A DNA stretch of 64,000 nt from Octopus sinensis (GCF_006345805.1 NC_043005.1:29946001-30010000), one strand, 5' to 3'; numbered from the stretch's first letter, positions 40,613-55,155 are shown. Numbers and translations: made by a program. The notes: a model not told the origin generated them from the letters alone.

Positions 40613-42025
40613 ACATAGATGAACAATAAAATTCATTTGACTTGGGCTTTGTGTTTTCTGGGAGTTTTGTCATTGTTTTTTTTCCCACCTGATGGCTTAT
40701 ACTTGTTGAATAAACTGTGAAGTGAAACTTAAAGTCTCAGTCTAACTAATTTTATTATAAACCAGACTCTATAGTATTGGGTCTCATCTTAAGTAAATGT
40801 TGTGTTCCTATTCTTAAACTTGCTTTAAAACAATAAATTTAACTTTGTGTGAGTAACTATAAACCTGTCGATGTATTCTATATATTTGTCTGTATGTGTG
40901 TGTATCTATGAGTATGGCTCTATATATACCAGACCTGTATCTATTTTTATGCATGTGTATGTGTGTGTATATGACTTACATATGTGACAGCTATTAAGCC
41001 CATCTTAATTAACATAAATATGAGAATCTGTAACTAACAAAGCAATGTTGTTAATTAATCTAATCAAAGATAATGAGTTGAGTCTTAAAGAGATAAGTGA
41101 TGGTCTGTGTGATCTAGTGTCTGCTATTTAAAAATATCAGTTTGTTTAATTACCTGGGTTAATCAGTATATTTAATTACTCACTAATATTAATTTAGGCA
41201 TGGTCCTCTAATATCTGCTAAATCAATGTTTAATTGTCTTCATTCTTTTTAATTAATTTAATTGGTGGACCAAAATACATTTAAAGCTGTCTATATATAT
41301 ACATCTTACCATCTTCTCTAGCTTTTCCTCACTCCCTCTCTCTCTCTATCTCTCTCTCCCTCTACATATACGGGACATAGGGGGAAAATTTATAGGAGAG
41401 CATTTTGCATGCTATATATATATCAATCAGAAGATGGAGAAGATGACAATGATGATATATGCATATATCATCATCATCATTGTCATCATCATCATCATTT
41501 GACATTTGTCTTCCATGCTGAAATGGCTTGGACAATTTGACAGGATCCAATATCTGCTTTGGCATGGTTCCTACGGCTGGAAGCTCTTCAGAACACCAAT
41601 CACTTCACTTAGCATATCGGATGCTTTTATCGTAATCCCAGCTCTGCTGAGGCCTACAAGTAACTCACAAGACAAAGAAAAAAACTTTTTGAATGAGTGG
41701 AGCTCTTGAGGGGAAGGCAACTTGATGCCAAAATATGAGAGATTAAAATTCAACGGGCATAGGTGTCTTGCTACAGAGGGGCTGTGTCAGTACCTTGCCT
41801 TATATAAGAGTGAGTGAGAGTAGTTAGAATGAAGAGAATAACCAGGAATGTTACAATTCCCTTTTCATCACAATTTTAGTTTAAGAAATCTAATTACTAA
41901 ACGATTTCTACTGACACTATTATTGCCATTTGTTTCTCTTTCTTCATGACTTCTGGTATTCATATTGCTCAATAACTGTAAACAAACCTCTCCATCACAC
42001 ACATGCATATAATATTTTCATTCTG

Positions 42026-42400
42026 TGGAGGTGCAATGGCCCAGTGGTTAGGGCAGCGGACTCGTAGTTGTAGGAGTGTGATTTCAATTCCCAGACCAGG
42101 CATTGTGAGTGTTTATTGAACGAAAACACCTAAATCTCCACTAGGCTCCAGTAGGATGTGGTGCACCCTGCTGTACTCTTTCACCACAACTTTCTTTCAC
42201 TCTTTCTTCCTGTTACTGTTGTACCTGTATTTCAATGGGACAGCCTTGTTACACTCTGTGTCACCCTGAGTCTCCCTGAGAACTCTGTTAAGGGTACACA
42301 TGTCTGTGGAGTGCTCAGCCACTTGCATGTTAATTTCATGAGCAGGCTGTTCCATTGATCAGATCAACTGGAACCCTCGTCATCATAGCCAACAGACGCC
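42026..42400 (+). mobile_element. tRNA-derived SINE, third family
   Basis: Head with A-box TGGCCCAGTGG and degenerate B-box GATTTCAATTCC, followed by a non-tRNA body. Confidence 0.7.
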
Positions 42401-42619
42401 ATGATTTTCATTCTGTACAAGTCAATCTCTTGTCACTCTGAAGTTTTACCTGGGTGCTCATAGAATCATCAGGCAAGTTGTAACTTATCTGATGACCCTA
42501 CAGGCATGCAAATAGAACTGCTGAGTAGCAAGAGACTGACTTGAACCAAATAAAATATTATTAATCTCTATTATGGTACTGAGTACTCTATATTTTCCTA
42601 AAGTCAACACTAAATGGAT

Positions 42620-42900
42620 TTGTGGTAGTGAATTCAATCTCCAGACCAGGCTGTGTGTTGTGTTCTTGAGCAAGACACTTTATTTGATGTTGCTCCAATT
42701 CACTCAACTGTAGAAATGAGTTGTGATGTCAGTGGTGTCAAGCTGTATTGGCCTTTGCCTTTCAGTGGCATGGAGAAGGAGGCTGGTATGCATGGGCGAC
42801 TGCTGGTCTTCCATAAACAACCTTGCTTGTACTTGTGACTCAGAGAAGGAATTTCTGAGTGCAATCCCATGTTCATTCATGACCGAAAGGGTCCTTTATA
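42620..42900 (+). mobile_element. SINE with GTTCTTGAGCAAGACACTT core; a related minus copy lies at about 47660-47890
   Basis: Shared TGTGTTCTTGAGCAAGACACTTTATTT..TGTTGCTCCA core in both copies. Confidence 0.55.
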
Positions 42901-43188
42901 ATATAGGTGTATAGGGATAAAATTATCCAGGCGGGCACCATGCTAGCTCTCAGGTATATTCCGGGTTATGGCTAACTGCATCAAGTAGTACCAAGTGTCA
43001 CTGATCGCTAAGTATTTGAAATCTCACTATGCTGATTATGCTGGGTTGCAAGTGCAAACTGCACATATACTGTGCAGCAGAAACACATGTCAATCATTGC
43101 AACCAAATAATTGTGCTGTACAACCAACTTTAAATTAAAAGGAAAAAAATTTGATGATGTACCTGTCTCCATATTCTTTATAACTATT

Positions 43189-43230
<42 letters not shown>

Positions 43231-45335
43231 TATATATATAGTTGAATTAGGTACTTGAGGTAATATGATTAACATTTTTCTAGGAAGGATGCATATAGAA
43301 TAGTGTATTCTGTATGCATCCTTCCAAGAAAAATGTCAGCTTTAGTTCTATAAGCTTATAATAACCCTGAAGGAGTTCTGCCCCATTTAGTTAAAAATTA
43401 TACCATTTTTAGCATATAACCAAATACTTAGAATTGCATATCAACTAGGGGACAGAACTGAAACATATGTAGATTTTTTTTGCATCTCCCATTTTCTTTT
43501 TCAGCTTTACAACTTATAATTTATTTGTATTGTTATTTTTTTTTTATTTCAACATCTTTATTATTCATACATCCATCTTTCTCCCTTTTCTTTCTTTCAA
43601 TATTAATATGTATTACTACAATAATCCCTAACATATCACAGAGACTTTCTCCTCATATGAGAGTGATTAACCAGTGGAATTGTTTGGGATTATATAATCC
43701 CTAATGCGGATCTAACATCCTCAAACTGACTATATGTGTGTGTACGTGTGTGTGTGTGTGTGGTATATCCTTTTCAAAGTTAGCCAAAGCAGGGTTTGGG
43801 GGTGGATTTTTGTGAATAAAAAGGATTCTTACAATCTATATATATATATATATATATAAAGTGAGAGAAGGGCCAAATAAAAGCAGAAGAATTTGAAGTG
43901 TTTTTATTGCAACATCAGGAATTACTTCATCTTACACGTGTTTCACAAGTAAGTTGTCATAAAAAGGCTGAAATAAATTCTCCTATTTTATTCTATTCTC
44001 AGATATAAATTCCTTAAATTATTTCAATGTGTGTAACATCAAACGAAAATCTGAAGACAAATATCACAAATATCATTCAATTTTCCATTGAAAGTTTGAT
44101 CTACAAAGTTTTAATTTATATAAAGTTCTAAACATTGGTTAATTATTGTGCTTCCTCAATGAAAACAGCATGTTACCCAATGTTTTGGCCTTAGTAAATG
44201 TCTCATCAAACCATACCCTGCAGTTTAACAACAGTCATTGTATCTCAGGATAGGTTAACATGTGGAGTTTGAGACTGATCGCATTAATAAGAAATGTAGA
44301 AAATATAATTGCTATCCTTAGGCTTTATATGTGATATGTGCATGTATATTAAATGATAATATGTATATAATATTTATATATATATACACACATTTCTCTC
44401 TTTTTACAACTGTGTTCCTTACCATTTCTATTCAATATATAAACTCTCTTACTCTGTCTCCCAGTCACAGCAGATGAGGCTGAATATCGGTTGTTTTGTA
44501 TGGCCAGGTAGTTCCAAGGTAGGCAACCATGCGCTCTTTAAGCCAGTTATCTTCTGATGAATGGTTACACTCTAGCTAAATTCATGTGTTCACAGCTACA
44601 CTTTCTTACTGTCACACATGCACACATATCTTGAGCAAGCCTCTCACCTGTTGTGTACCAACTCACACTCACACACTTGCTGTTATATCAAAACTGATGC
44701 ACACATTTCACGTATTGCACTCATTCGTATGAATGTATGTGATCTCTTTATGTATATGGATGTGTGTGTGTGTGTATGTGTGTGTGTGTGTGTGTTAGAT
44801 GTTAAGCTACATAAGCAACTCAAGGGCCTAAAGTTTCATTTATGGCACATGTCAAAGCTTATAATTCATACACACAAATAAATATGTGAGTGCACATGGG
44901 AGGGGATGTTTGTATATATCCACAACTGAGTGCATACAATATGTATGCACACACCTAATACTTCTGATTGAGAGCCGAGTGATGATAAAGAAGATAAGAT
45001 GCAATGATAATACCAGTGTTTGACTCTGAAACTGCTGAAGAAAGTAGTAGGAGGCATAACTCACTATTTATTGCCTTTTTTAGTTAATGATGAGTTAGGT
45101 CTTTTAAGTTGGCTGAAGAGGTAGTGATGTAGTTATATACTTCCTTTAAAAGTGTTTGTGTGCATCTGTATACATTGAAAAGGAGTGGCTGTGTGGTAAG
45201 TAGCTTGCTTACCAACCACATGGTTCTGGGTTCAGTGCACCTTGGGCAAGAGTCTTCTACTATAGCCTCAGGTCGACCAAAGCCTTGTGAGTGGATTTGG
45301 AAGACAGAAACTGAAAGAAGCCCATCATATATATG

Positions 45336-45400
<65 letters not shown>

Positions 45401-48152
45401 GTGTGTGTATATATTTGTGTGTCTGTATTTGTCCCCACAACATCGCTTGACAACCGATGCTGGTGTGGTTACGTCCCCATAACTTAGCGGTTCGGCAAAA
45501 GACACCGATAGGATAAGTACTAGGCTTACAAGGAATAAGTCCTGGCTCAATTTGCACAACTAAAGGCGGTGCTCCAGCATGGCCACAGTCAAATAACTGA
45601 AACAAGTAAATGAGTAAAAGAATGTACAAAATTAGCATTGACAAGTTAAACTGTTAAAACTTTAATACATCACTTAGATTATACATTGAAGAATGTTGAC
45701 ATGTTAAGTTTGAAAAGGGTAAAATTTAAATTTAAAAAGTTGAAATTAAATCATGTAAAGTTAAATGAATGTGTCATAATTGTTTGGGAGGTTTGTTTGG
45801 TTAGGTGTTCATGTATATTTCCAGGTTGTCAATTTATTGAAAATTATTCATCTCACATTTAAATAATCAACAGATTTATTACAGATCATAGTGATGAGAA
45901 TTCTATTGTAGGTAACTTTTTCATGGATAATTACTTCAGAAATGCATGACTGGTTTAGAGAACATGATTTTTCTTCCTACACAAACAGTTTATCTCGGTT
46001 ATTTTAGTAAGTTTACTTGTGATTAAGATTTTCATATTGATGGTACAACTACAACTTCTTTTTAAGTTATTTCTATTAAATAACTTGGTGGTTAATGTGG
46101 GAAATCTTATTTATTAAGTCTAGGAAACTTTTGCTATATCAGAATTAGCATTTAACAACAAAAGAAGAAGTAAACTTGTTTTTTTGAAAGTGAATAACAG
46201 GAAGTTAGAAACGTATTTAATCTAATTTTTATGTCCATTAACTTCTACTTCGTTATTATAGTATGGTACAGCTGTCTCAAAGATTTCCTATTGGGATAAC
46301 AGCTTAGATATTCCTTTATAATATCATTGACTATCTTTGTGAAAACACAGTGAGTGGTTGGAACTATATTAATATAAATACATGTAAGTTTTTCATTCAG
46401 TTGCTTAATATTTATCAGTGATTAGGTTCAAAGTTAAAATTCACTTTATTCCAGATAATGGTATTGTGCTAATTGTGATTTGCAGACTAAAATTATAGAA
46501 CATGTTAAATCTGCTTTCTGTTTGCCTAATGTATAACCATTGGCATGTGATGTGGGACCAACCTGTTACCTCTATAGAGGCCTGTATCTGTGGTTGTCAA
46601 TTTATCTTAAAGCGGGCCTGGTATGTACAGGTCACATGATAATCACAGACAACTCTGATCTATGTAGTAAAGAAGAGAGAGAAACTTACATATTTTAATT
46701 TAGTTTCCAGCCATCTACGATCACTTTTCAGAAACAGTTCCTAACACACACACACACACACACACATACTAGCATGGAAGGCAGACATTAAACGATGATG
46801 ATGATGATGATGTGTGGTAAGTAGGCACAGGAGTCGCTGTGTGGTAAGTAGCTTGCTTAACAACCACATGGTTCCGGGTTTAGTCCCACTGCATGGCACC
46901 ATGGGCAAGTGTCTTCTACTATATCCTCAGGCCGACCAAAGCCTTTTGAGTGTATTTGGTAGACAGAAACTGAAAGAAGCCCATCGTATGTATGTGTGTG
47001 TGTGTGTACACATGTATGTATCTATGAAAGCCACAACCTATTAGCAATGCTGTTTTCACCATTTCTCCCGTCAATAAATCACCACTTACTTTGTGCTCTC
47101 AAAGACCTGTGAAATAACAGATCTCTTATTTGAAAAAACAGGTTATGGTTAGCAGGAGAGAAGGTATCTGGTTGTAAAATAATACCGCAATAATATATTC
47201 ACCTAATCTATGCTAGCATTGTAAAAGAGACATAGAATGATTGAAGTAGATATATATAATGCAAATAATAATAAGACAAAGAAAATTCTTTGGTACGTCT
47301 TTAATGCTTCCTTACAATTGTTTTTGTACTAACTTTACTTGCAACGCCAGTTTATGCAAAAGTTTAAATTGAAAATTTATGTAATGTTTGTGGTTTTAGA
47401 CATTAGAGAGGCACTTCATCACACTTGCATCCAAGGGTTGCTGTCACATTGTGCATCTTTCAGATGCATGGCGGTTACAGCTTGTCTGAGAATATTCTTT
47501 CGTATTCTTAAGAGAAAAGTAACAGAAAATCTTCTTTCAAACATGTTTTGGTGATGCTTGTTACCTCATCAGAGAAGATGCATTCTTCAGTCTTCAGCTG
47601 CCCAATCAACTAGTAACTGAAATTATTATATAAAAGAATAATTTATCAGTTAAGTATTGTGTCTCGGCCAAGGTTACCCCGTTACTGTGACATTTAAGTG
47701 ACTGAGATCAGAGCATTTCCCAGGATGAGAAGCCAGTCCCTTGCTGGATCACTCATTCACAGGTGAATGAACTGGTGCAACATGAAATGAAGTGTTTTAT
47801 TCAAGAGCACAACACATCACCTCATCTGAGAATTGAAACCTGATCTTGTGATTGTGAATGCCACAGTCAAACCATCAGGTTATGTGCTTTTACATGGTTT
47901 ATTAACTGTATCGGTATTTTGTTAGTATGTATTTTATTCAAACTGATACACCTGAAATATGTAGACAAACAGGAGTTGAGTGGGTTTCGAATATTTCAAA
48001 CATCTGTAAATTTATTCACCATTAGACATATTTTAGTTGTTCAGATTCACATCGTGTATATATACGTGTGTGTGTGTGTGTGTATGCACTCTCACACACA
48101 CATGCACGTACATACATACATATATATATACATATATATATGCATATATATA

Positions 48153-48579
48153 CCATAAATCCTGGAGTATAATCCGCATTTTTTTTCCCAAAATTAAAGG
48201 TCAAAATCCCTAGTGTCTACTATATACGAGGTTAAAAATGAGAATTATTTTCTAATTAATGTCCAAGTCTCTGTTTGCTGTCCAGCAATGTTTATTCAGA
48301 TGCATCTTGTGATGCCGGGCGCAAAAGTACCTTAAGCTAAGCCTGAAAGCAATGACGTCATAAAAGAATCATCTATAACTTGCAGTAAGCAACATTTATT
48401 AAATGTTATTACTGTTATTTCTTTATTTTCTGCAAACAAAATGCACAAAAAGGCTACACATTTGCATTATGTTATATGTACAATAATAATAAAGGACGTT
48501 ACCATATACATTTTTACAAACCAAGGACGTTATATAGACCTCCTTGACTCAAGAGCAGACTATACTCGAGGATTTATGG
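48153..48579. mobile_element. Tc2/pogo-like MITE, copy 2
   Basis: Colinear with 16133-16587 except for a ~29-nt deletion near the right TIR; TA flanks. Confidence 0.8.
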
Positions 48580-49151
48580 TACATATATTCTATAATTATA
48601 AGCATAATTATAATTAGGGGTCAGCTAGTTGCTTCACCACATACCGAATTTAGAAATTTACTTTCCTTTCCAGAGCGCCCAATAACACAGTACTTGTACC
48701 ACGACCTCGCATTGTTGCTTTTTCTTGTTTGGATTGATTATATATATATATATATATATATTCAGTCTAATGTGTTAAGTGTTTTTTTCCCTTTTCTAAA
48801 TTGATAAACAGTTGTGTGTGTGTGTATGTGTGTGTATACACTGTTATATTTACACATGTATGGCCACATGGTGCAATCAATATAATTCTGCACCTACCAA
48901 ATGCATGTATTTACTCACTTTTTTATACACCCTCTTACTATACTCATACTTATGGATACACACACACACACACATACACACACCCACACACACGCTCTAT
49001 CACACTGTGTTGCTACACCCACTTGATCTGTTGGAAGTACTCATCCATGCAATCTCGCTTCCACCCACAGACAAATTCATAAAACTAAATATACTCTCCA
49101 ACCAATAGACCAAGCACACAATACATGTAAAACTCTCTCTCTCTTCTCTCT

Positions 49152-49195
<44 letters not shown>

Positions 49196-49347
49196 ACCCC
49201 CAATCCCACCCACCCTGCCATAAGTGCAGGAATGAAATTTGCTTCAGGGTTGCAAACTCAGGTCCAAAATTTTTTAGAAACAAGGTCGATTTTTCAATCT
49301 TAAGATTGAAACAGTCACAGGTTTAATAATCATTATTATTGTTGTTG

Positions 49348-49417
<70 letters not shown>

Positions 49418-50869
49418 CATTGTATTTGTGCATCCATCAAATCGAACAAATCCAATAATGGAAGATTAATGTTTCAAATCAGTCCAAAAATGTTCCTATG
49501 CTCTTTTATTTTGGCAATGAAGTTTTTTCAGGAGGACGTTCAAAGGATTTTCATTGCTCACACACACACACACACATCCAAATTTTACAGGGTGCACTTG
49601 CATCCTCTGCACCTCTTGTTCCTGAGCCTATGCAACCATCCCCCCCACACACACACACAATATAAACATTACCTACTTATATGACTTTTTTGCTGTTTTT
49701 GTTGTTGTTGCTGTTATTGTTGCTGTTGTTGAGGTTGTTTTGTTACTGTTGCTGTTCATAACTGTTGTTGTTGTCTCTTGTTGTTATATTGTTGTTGTCG
49801 CCATTGTTGTTGCTGATATTGCTGTCCTTATTTTTGTACTGTTCATGTTCTTGTTATTGTTGTCGAGTCTGTTGTTGTTGTTGTTGTTGTTGTTGTTGTC
49901 ATTATACGTATATTCTTACATATTTTTTTTCTTAACATAGGGTCATTTAGTAATGAGTATAATGAGGAATTCTGTTAGAAAGTAGGTGTGCACCAAGGTT
50001 CAGCCCTCAGCCTCCATTTGTTCCGTAAAGTCCTGCAAGCCATAACAGATGAGGTTTACCCCTTTAACTGTGGAATTAAATTTCCTGTTTATTCTTGTAA
50101 TAATGTTAAATATCTACCAAAGAATAGAATTGGTATTTTCTACAAGTCACTTTTATGTCTTTATTGTCCACAGGAGGCTAAACATAGAGGGGACAAAAAA
50201 GAACAGACAAAGTGATTAAGTCGATTACATCGACCCCAGTACATGACTGGTACTTATTTAATCGACCCGGAAAGGATGAAAAGCAAAGTCGACTTCGGCA
50301 GAATTTGAACTCAGAGCATAATGGCAGACGAAATACCGCTTAGCATTTTCCCCAGCATGCAAATATTTCTGCCAGCTCACTGCCTTTTTACAAGTCACAT
50401 TGCCTCAAGAAACCTGATATATCTCAATAAGAAATAGTTTCAAATGTGATATATTTGAACAAAAGATAGATTGATATATAAAACTGCTGTTAAGCGTAAT
50501 TAAACTTTGAGTGAATGTATCTGATTTCTGCAGTAAAACGGTGAATAATGGTGACTCGTAAGCACTCCTTTGTGCTAATGACCTAGATTTTCTGAACCTG
50601 CTGTAGAATTAGAAAAGGAATTCCACATATGGAGACATGCCTTAGAATTGAAGCCCCTAATTTAAGAAGGAAAGAAGACAAGACTCTGCTGCTGCTAACA
50701 TGGAAATAGTCATGCTTGGCATGCAGATAAAGAGTAGATAAGAATTCTGTATGATACATCCTATGTAAACAATGCTTACACAAGAAGTATAGTGGAACCA
50801 CAGACAAGCAAATAGGAAAGGCATACTTCATGTCTCAGGTGTATAGGGACAGTAAGTACAAAGAACATA

Positions 50870-51189
50870 TGTGAAATAGATTCCCTACAATGCCCAGACT
50901 GCTCTCAAGAAGTTGACAGCCTCTGTTACCTTAAGGACCTAATCGACTGTGAAAAAGAGTGTTCTGAAAGAATGGTCGGCAGGGTTCAAACCAGCTGGAA
51001 AGAGTTCAAAGAGTTGTTACCACTGGTGGCAGGGAAGAACTTTACCTTCAAAGAGAAGGACCAATTGTATGATGCTCGTTAGTGAAGCATGATGCTGCAT
51101 AACAGTGAACTAGGACCCTAAAATGTAGGGGATTTGAAATATACACAAAGCAAGGCAGCAAGTATTTGATATTGGATATGTAAAAGTAC
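50870..51189 (+). mobile_element. RTE LINE RT fragment
   Basis: EVDSLCYLKDLI...RVQTSWKEFKELLPLV...KDQLYDA. A related GVHQGSALS motif lies at about 49980-50050. Confidence 0.65.
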
Positions 51190-51454
51190 TACAAAGGTGA
51201 GTCAAAAAGTAATACCATTTTGTTTAGGACAGGTATAATTACCAACACAGGAACACTCCTGTGTTGGTAATTATACCTGTCCTAAACAAAATGGTATTAC
51301 TTTTTGACTCACCTTTGTAGTACTTTTACATATCCAATATCAAATACTTGCTGCCTTGCTTTGTGTATTTTTCAAATCCCCTACATTTTAGGGTCCTAGT
51401 TCACTGTTATGCAGCATCATGCTTCACTAACGAGCATCATACAATTGGTCCTTC
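51055..51454. repeat. Near-perfect inverted duplication: 198-bp arms, 4-nt loop
   Basis: 51055-51252 vs 51257-51454 show one mismatch; the loop is ACAC. Confidence 0.95.
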
Positions 51455-51950
51455 AAAATGAAGCTGGTTCTCTGTGGATCACATCCCTACTTCTCAACAT
51501 AGTCACTATTTCTCTCAATAGCAATGTTCCACCTTCCAATGAGAGCATGTATCCCTGCCCTGTAAAATTCTGTTGACTGTTCTGTGAGCCACTTCTTCTC
51601 TACAGCTTTCACTTCCTCATCACTGGAATAATTTAGCGCCTTCAGACTAGACTATTATCTCTTCAGCCCCTTGAAAGAGGATTTGAGAGGCAAACATTAT
51701 TCCAGTGATGAGGAAGAGAAAATTGTAATGAAGAAGTGGCTCAAAGAACAGTCAACAGAATTTTACAGGGCAGGGGTACATGCTCTCATTGGAAGGTGGA
51801 ACATTGTTATTGAGAGAAACAGTGACTATGTTGAGAAGTAGGGATGTGATCCACAGAGGACCAACTTCATTTTGATGTATGATACAAGTTCCTGTGTTGG
51901 TAATTATACCTGTCCTAAACAAAATTACATTACTTTTTGACTCACTCTCG
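51192..51950. mobile_element. Palindromic mariner-derived MITE interrupted by the inverted duplication
   Basis: TA flanks, TIR GTGAGTCAAAAAGTAAT. The inner arms 51455-51632 and 51696-51870 are complementary, and the centre encodes a mariner C-terminus, DYYLFSPLKEDLRGKHYSSDEE...KWLKEQSTEFY. Confidence 0.85.
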
Positions 51951-52430
51951 TATATGTGAACGACCCAGCACCAATGAGTTCACAGAAAACTGAACATAAC
52001 AGAAATCACATGTAGTGTGCAAGAAGGAAGACTGCATTGTTATGAGTGTATGATAGACATGGGAGAAGGTAAATGTATAGATTGGCATGCATTCTTAGAA
52101 GATGGAACCTATAGAAGAGGGAAATGAAGGAAGGTTTGGCATGAAATGGTGAAGACATCTGAAGCTTTTGATCTATTCCATAGAGGATTGGCAAAGGACT
52201 ATATTGATTGGTAGCTAACTCTTCAGGAAAAGACCAGTCCACCTGTTCAGGCATGACAAAACAGATATTAGATTGTGTGTGTGTGTTTGTGTGTACATAT
52301 AAATATATATATATATATATATATAATATAATATAATATAATATATATATATATATAATATAAATAATATAATATATATATACATATATATATATATATA
52401 ATATATACATTTATATATATAATATATACG

Positions 52431-52491
<61 letters not shown>

Positions 52492-54175
52492 TCATTAGGC
52501 ATATGTATAGATTGGGGCCTGTTTCCAAGAAATTCCTTAGGAGGGTTTCTGTTTTTTTTTTTTTGTGAGGGAGGGGGGCATTATTTTGTTTAATAGTGGT
52601 AGTGTCCTGAGAGTTCTGGAAAAGTGAGAAATTCTACTCTTATAATATTGTCCATGTCCTTGTAGTTTCATCTATCTCCAGGTTATGGGACCACATTACT
52701 GACATTCAGTTAACAAGCAAATGTAACTAGCTCCTATGTCTAATGTCAACATACTGTTTATAGATTTACATCTTAAACCAGACATTCTCAGACCAAACAA
52801 CCAGATATACTATGTCTAGTAATGAGGCGTTTAAGAGTTCATTTGCCTAACTATTTTCAATATGTCTGATGAAATGAAATTAAAAATAATTAACCCTAAT
52901 TTTAAATTAATCAATCAAGACGTTAATTAAAGCAGTTAAACAGAAGTAATCACTGTAGCAATTATCCAGCAATTGAATAGACACTATCTACTCATATATT
53001 ATCTCTTAATCCATAAATGTTTCTATTCATTACTTCATACATCTATCTTCCCCAGAAAACCATGCAGATTTTGTGTGTAGCAGAAATTCAGAGAGGACAA
53101 ATCATCACTACAGTTATTCTCCACTTACATAATATATTATCTAGAAAAATCTGTCTTCTCTGTCAGCTATCATTTAATTATCTGATGAAACAGCTAATAT
53201 GTCATTCTAAACAAACATAAATCAATCTTCACTAAGTGCTGCAAGGGTTAAATGCAGACAAAATTTTGCACATTATTCTGTTAAAGTATTTCATACGGTT
53301 TGGTTTATATTGGAGACTTTCTTTTTGCAGCAATTATAATCCCCAACACACTGCAGCCAAATGTATTGGTTTTTTTCCCTTTGGGTTATTTTCTTTCAAG
53401 ATCTTTGTTTAGCTCTGCTTCATAATGTGATTTAATGGTTAAGGTGAAGTTGTAGATAATGAGGGCTGATATCTGAAAAGAGATCAATGTGACAACAACT
53501 GCCAATATATGACATAAATGGATCGTTGATAATTTCATTGAACTGTGAGCGATGTCACAGTGAACTGTTGCAGCAGTGAGTACCATATGCCCCCCACCAC
53601 ACTACATGCCAACACTACAAGTCTATATTATATACCTATACTATATGACAAAATCACATGTCTACACTGCATATGTGCACAACATGTATACACAATATAC
53701 CTATGCTACATGTATGCTATATATATATGTCTATACTACATGCCAATGCTACATGACCATACCACATGTCCACACTAGACGTTTTCATGATATCACTACA
53801 TTACATATCCACGCTACATGTTTCCCCTACATGCTCACACTTCTTGTCTACACTACATGTCTTCACTGCATTTCCACTTAATATAGGCGCTTTTTCTCTT
53901 CATGTTTTATTATTTTTCATTTATTTTATATTTTTTTAATGTTTATTTAATCAAATTATTTTCTCTCACCATGGAGTCTTTCAATTTCTCCATTTTGACT
54001 TCGTGTCAGGATTTTGCTTCAGACAAAACATGGTATGATTCTTGATTTTATGAAAATGCTTTAATGAAGATACAATTTAATTCTAACATACACTCGTGTG
54101 ACAATCTTAATTTCCAGTCATGCAATAATCTTAATTTTCAGTCATGTGACAACCCTAATTTTCTCCCTCTTTTAG

Positions 54176-54352
54176 AGTGACCAAAGCAGTATGGACAGTA
54201 TGAGCGACATTGTGGCTCACCTCTCAACAGACGAGAGTCGAATTCTGATTAAAAGAATGCTTATGAAGTGTGCGGATATCTCAAACCCATGCCGACCTCT
54301 CGATCTTTGCATCATTTGGGCAAAACGAATTGCTGAAGAATATTTTGATCAG
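54176..54352 (+). CDS. PDE8: PDE8 exon 8 in window (SDQSS...[18 protein letters not shown]...IAEEYFDQ)
   Basis: ttttag acceptor, GTTTGA donor at 54353; 177 nt, phase 0-0. KCAD.SNPCRP with the metal-binding Asp. Confidence 0.97.
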
Positions 54353-54508
54353 GTTTGATTTTGTTACCTAATTAATATTTCTCATTAATTTCTTTCTTGT
54401 TTGAGTTGGGTTTTCTTTGTTTCATGTTTTTGGGGGTTTTTTTTTTTGCATATAGCAAACTTTCAGAATGTTTTCTGTGGGGATGTTTGTGTGTGAATAA
54501 GAATATCA

Positions 54509-54561
<53 letters not shown>

Positions 54562-54732
54562 TAATGGTTTCAAATTTTGCCACAAGGGCAGCCATTTTGG
54601 GGGAGCATACTAGTTGATTCCATCGACCCCAGTGTTCAACTGGCATTTTTTTTATCAACACCAACAGGATGAAAGGCAAAGTAAACCTCAGCAGAATTAG
54701 AACAATAATTATAATAATAGTATGAGCACAAA

Positions 54733-55154
54733 CTGCAAAGAGACCACACTTTGTGGTAGTGGTGGACAAGGTGCACCACATGTGCTGTATAGTTGATGTT
54801 GCAAACCCATGAATAGTCAAGAAGAAAGATGAAAAAATAAATAAATAAATAAATACAAGACTCTTAAGTATGAAATAGCCCAGCTATGGAAAATGAAGAA
54901 GGTGAAGATAGTGCCAATTATTGTTGGATCCTTGGGGACAGTATCAGAAGGCATCAAGGGGAATCTAAAAGAAATTGGAATAGAGTGCCCAGTAGAATTA
55001 TTACAAAAGGTTTGCCTCCTCGGCATGACCAGAATAATCAGGAAAGTATAAGATAGTTGTAAAGAACGAATGGCATGGTACCGTAAGCTGAAGGTAGTAA
55101 GCCCACTACGCATGCAAGACTCCAGGAGTTCCAACAAAACTCATGATAAAAAGA

Positions 55155-55155
<1 letters not shown>
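54733..55155 (+). mobile_element. R4/Dong-like (restriction-like endonuclease) LINE 3' end
   Basis: RPHFVVVVDK...CIVDVANP...KYEIAQLWKMKKVKIVPIIVGSLGTV...LLQKVCLLGMTRIIRKV; flanked by TAA-rich repeats. Confidence 0.8.

Noticed and set aside
47541-47575. Minus-strand CUGAUGA-GGU...ACC-AAAAC hammerhead-like string
   Set aside because: G12 is missing, stem II is only 3 bp, and there is no stem I complementarity or valid NUH triplet.
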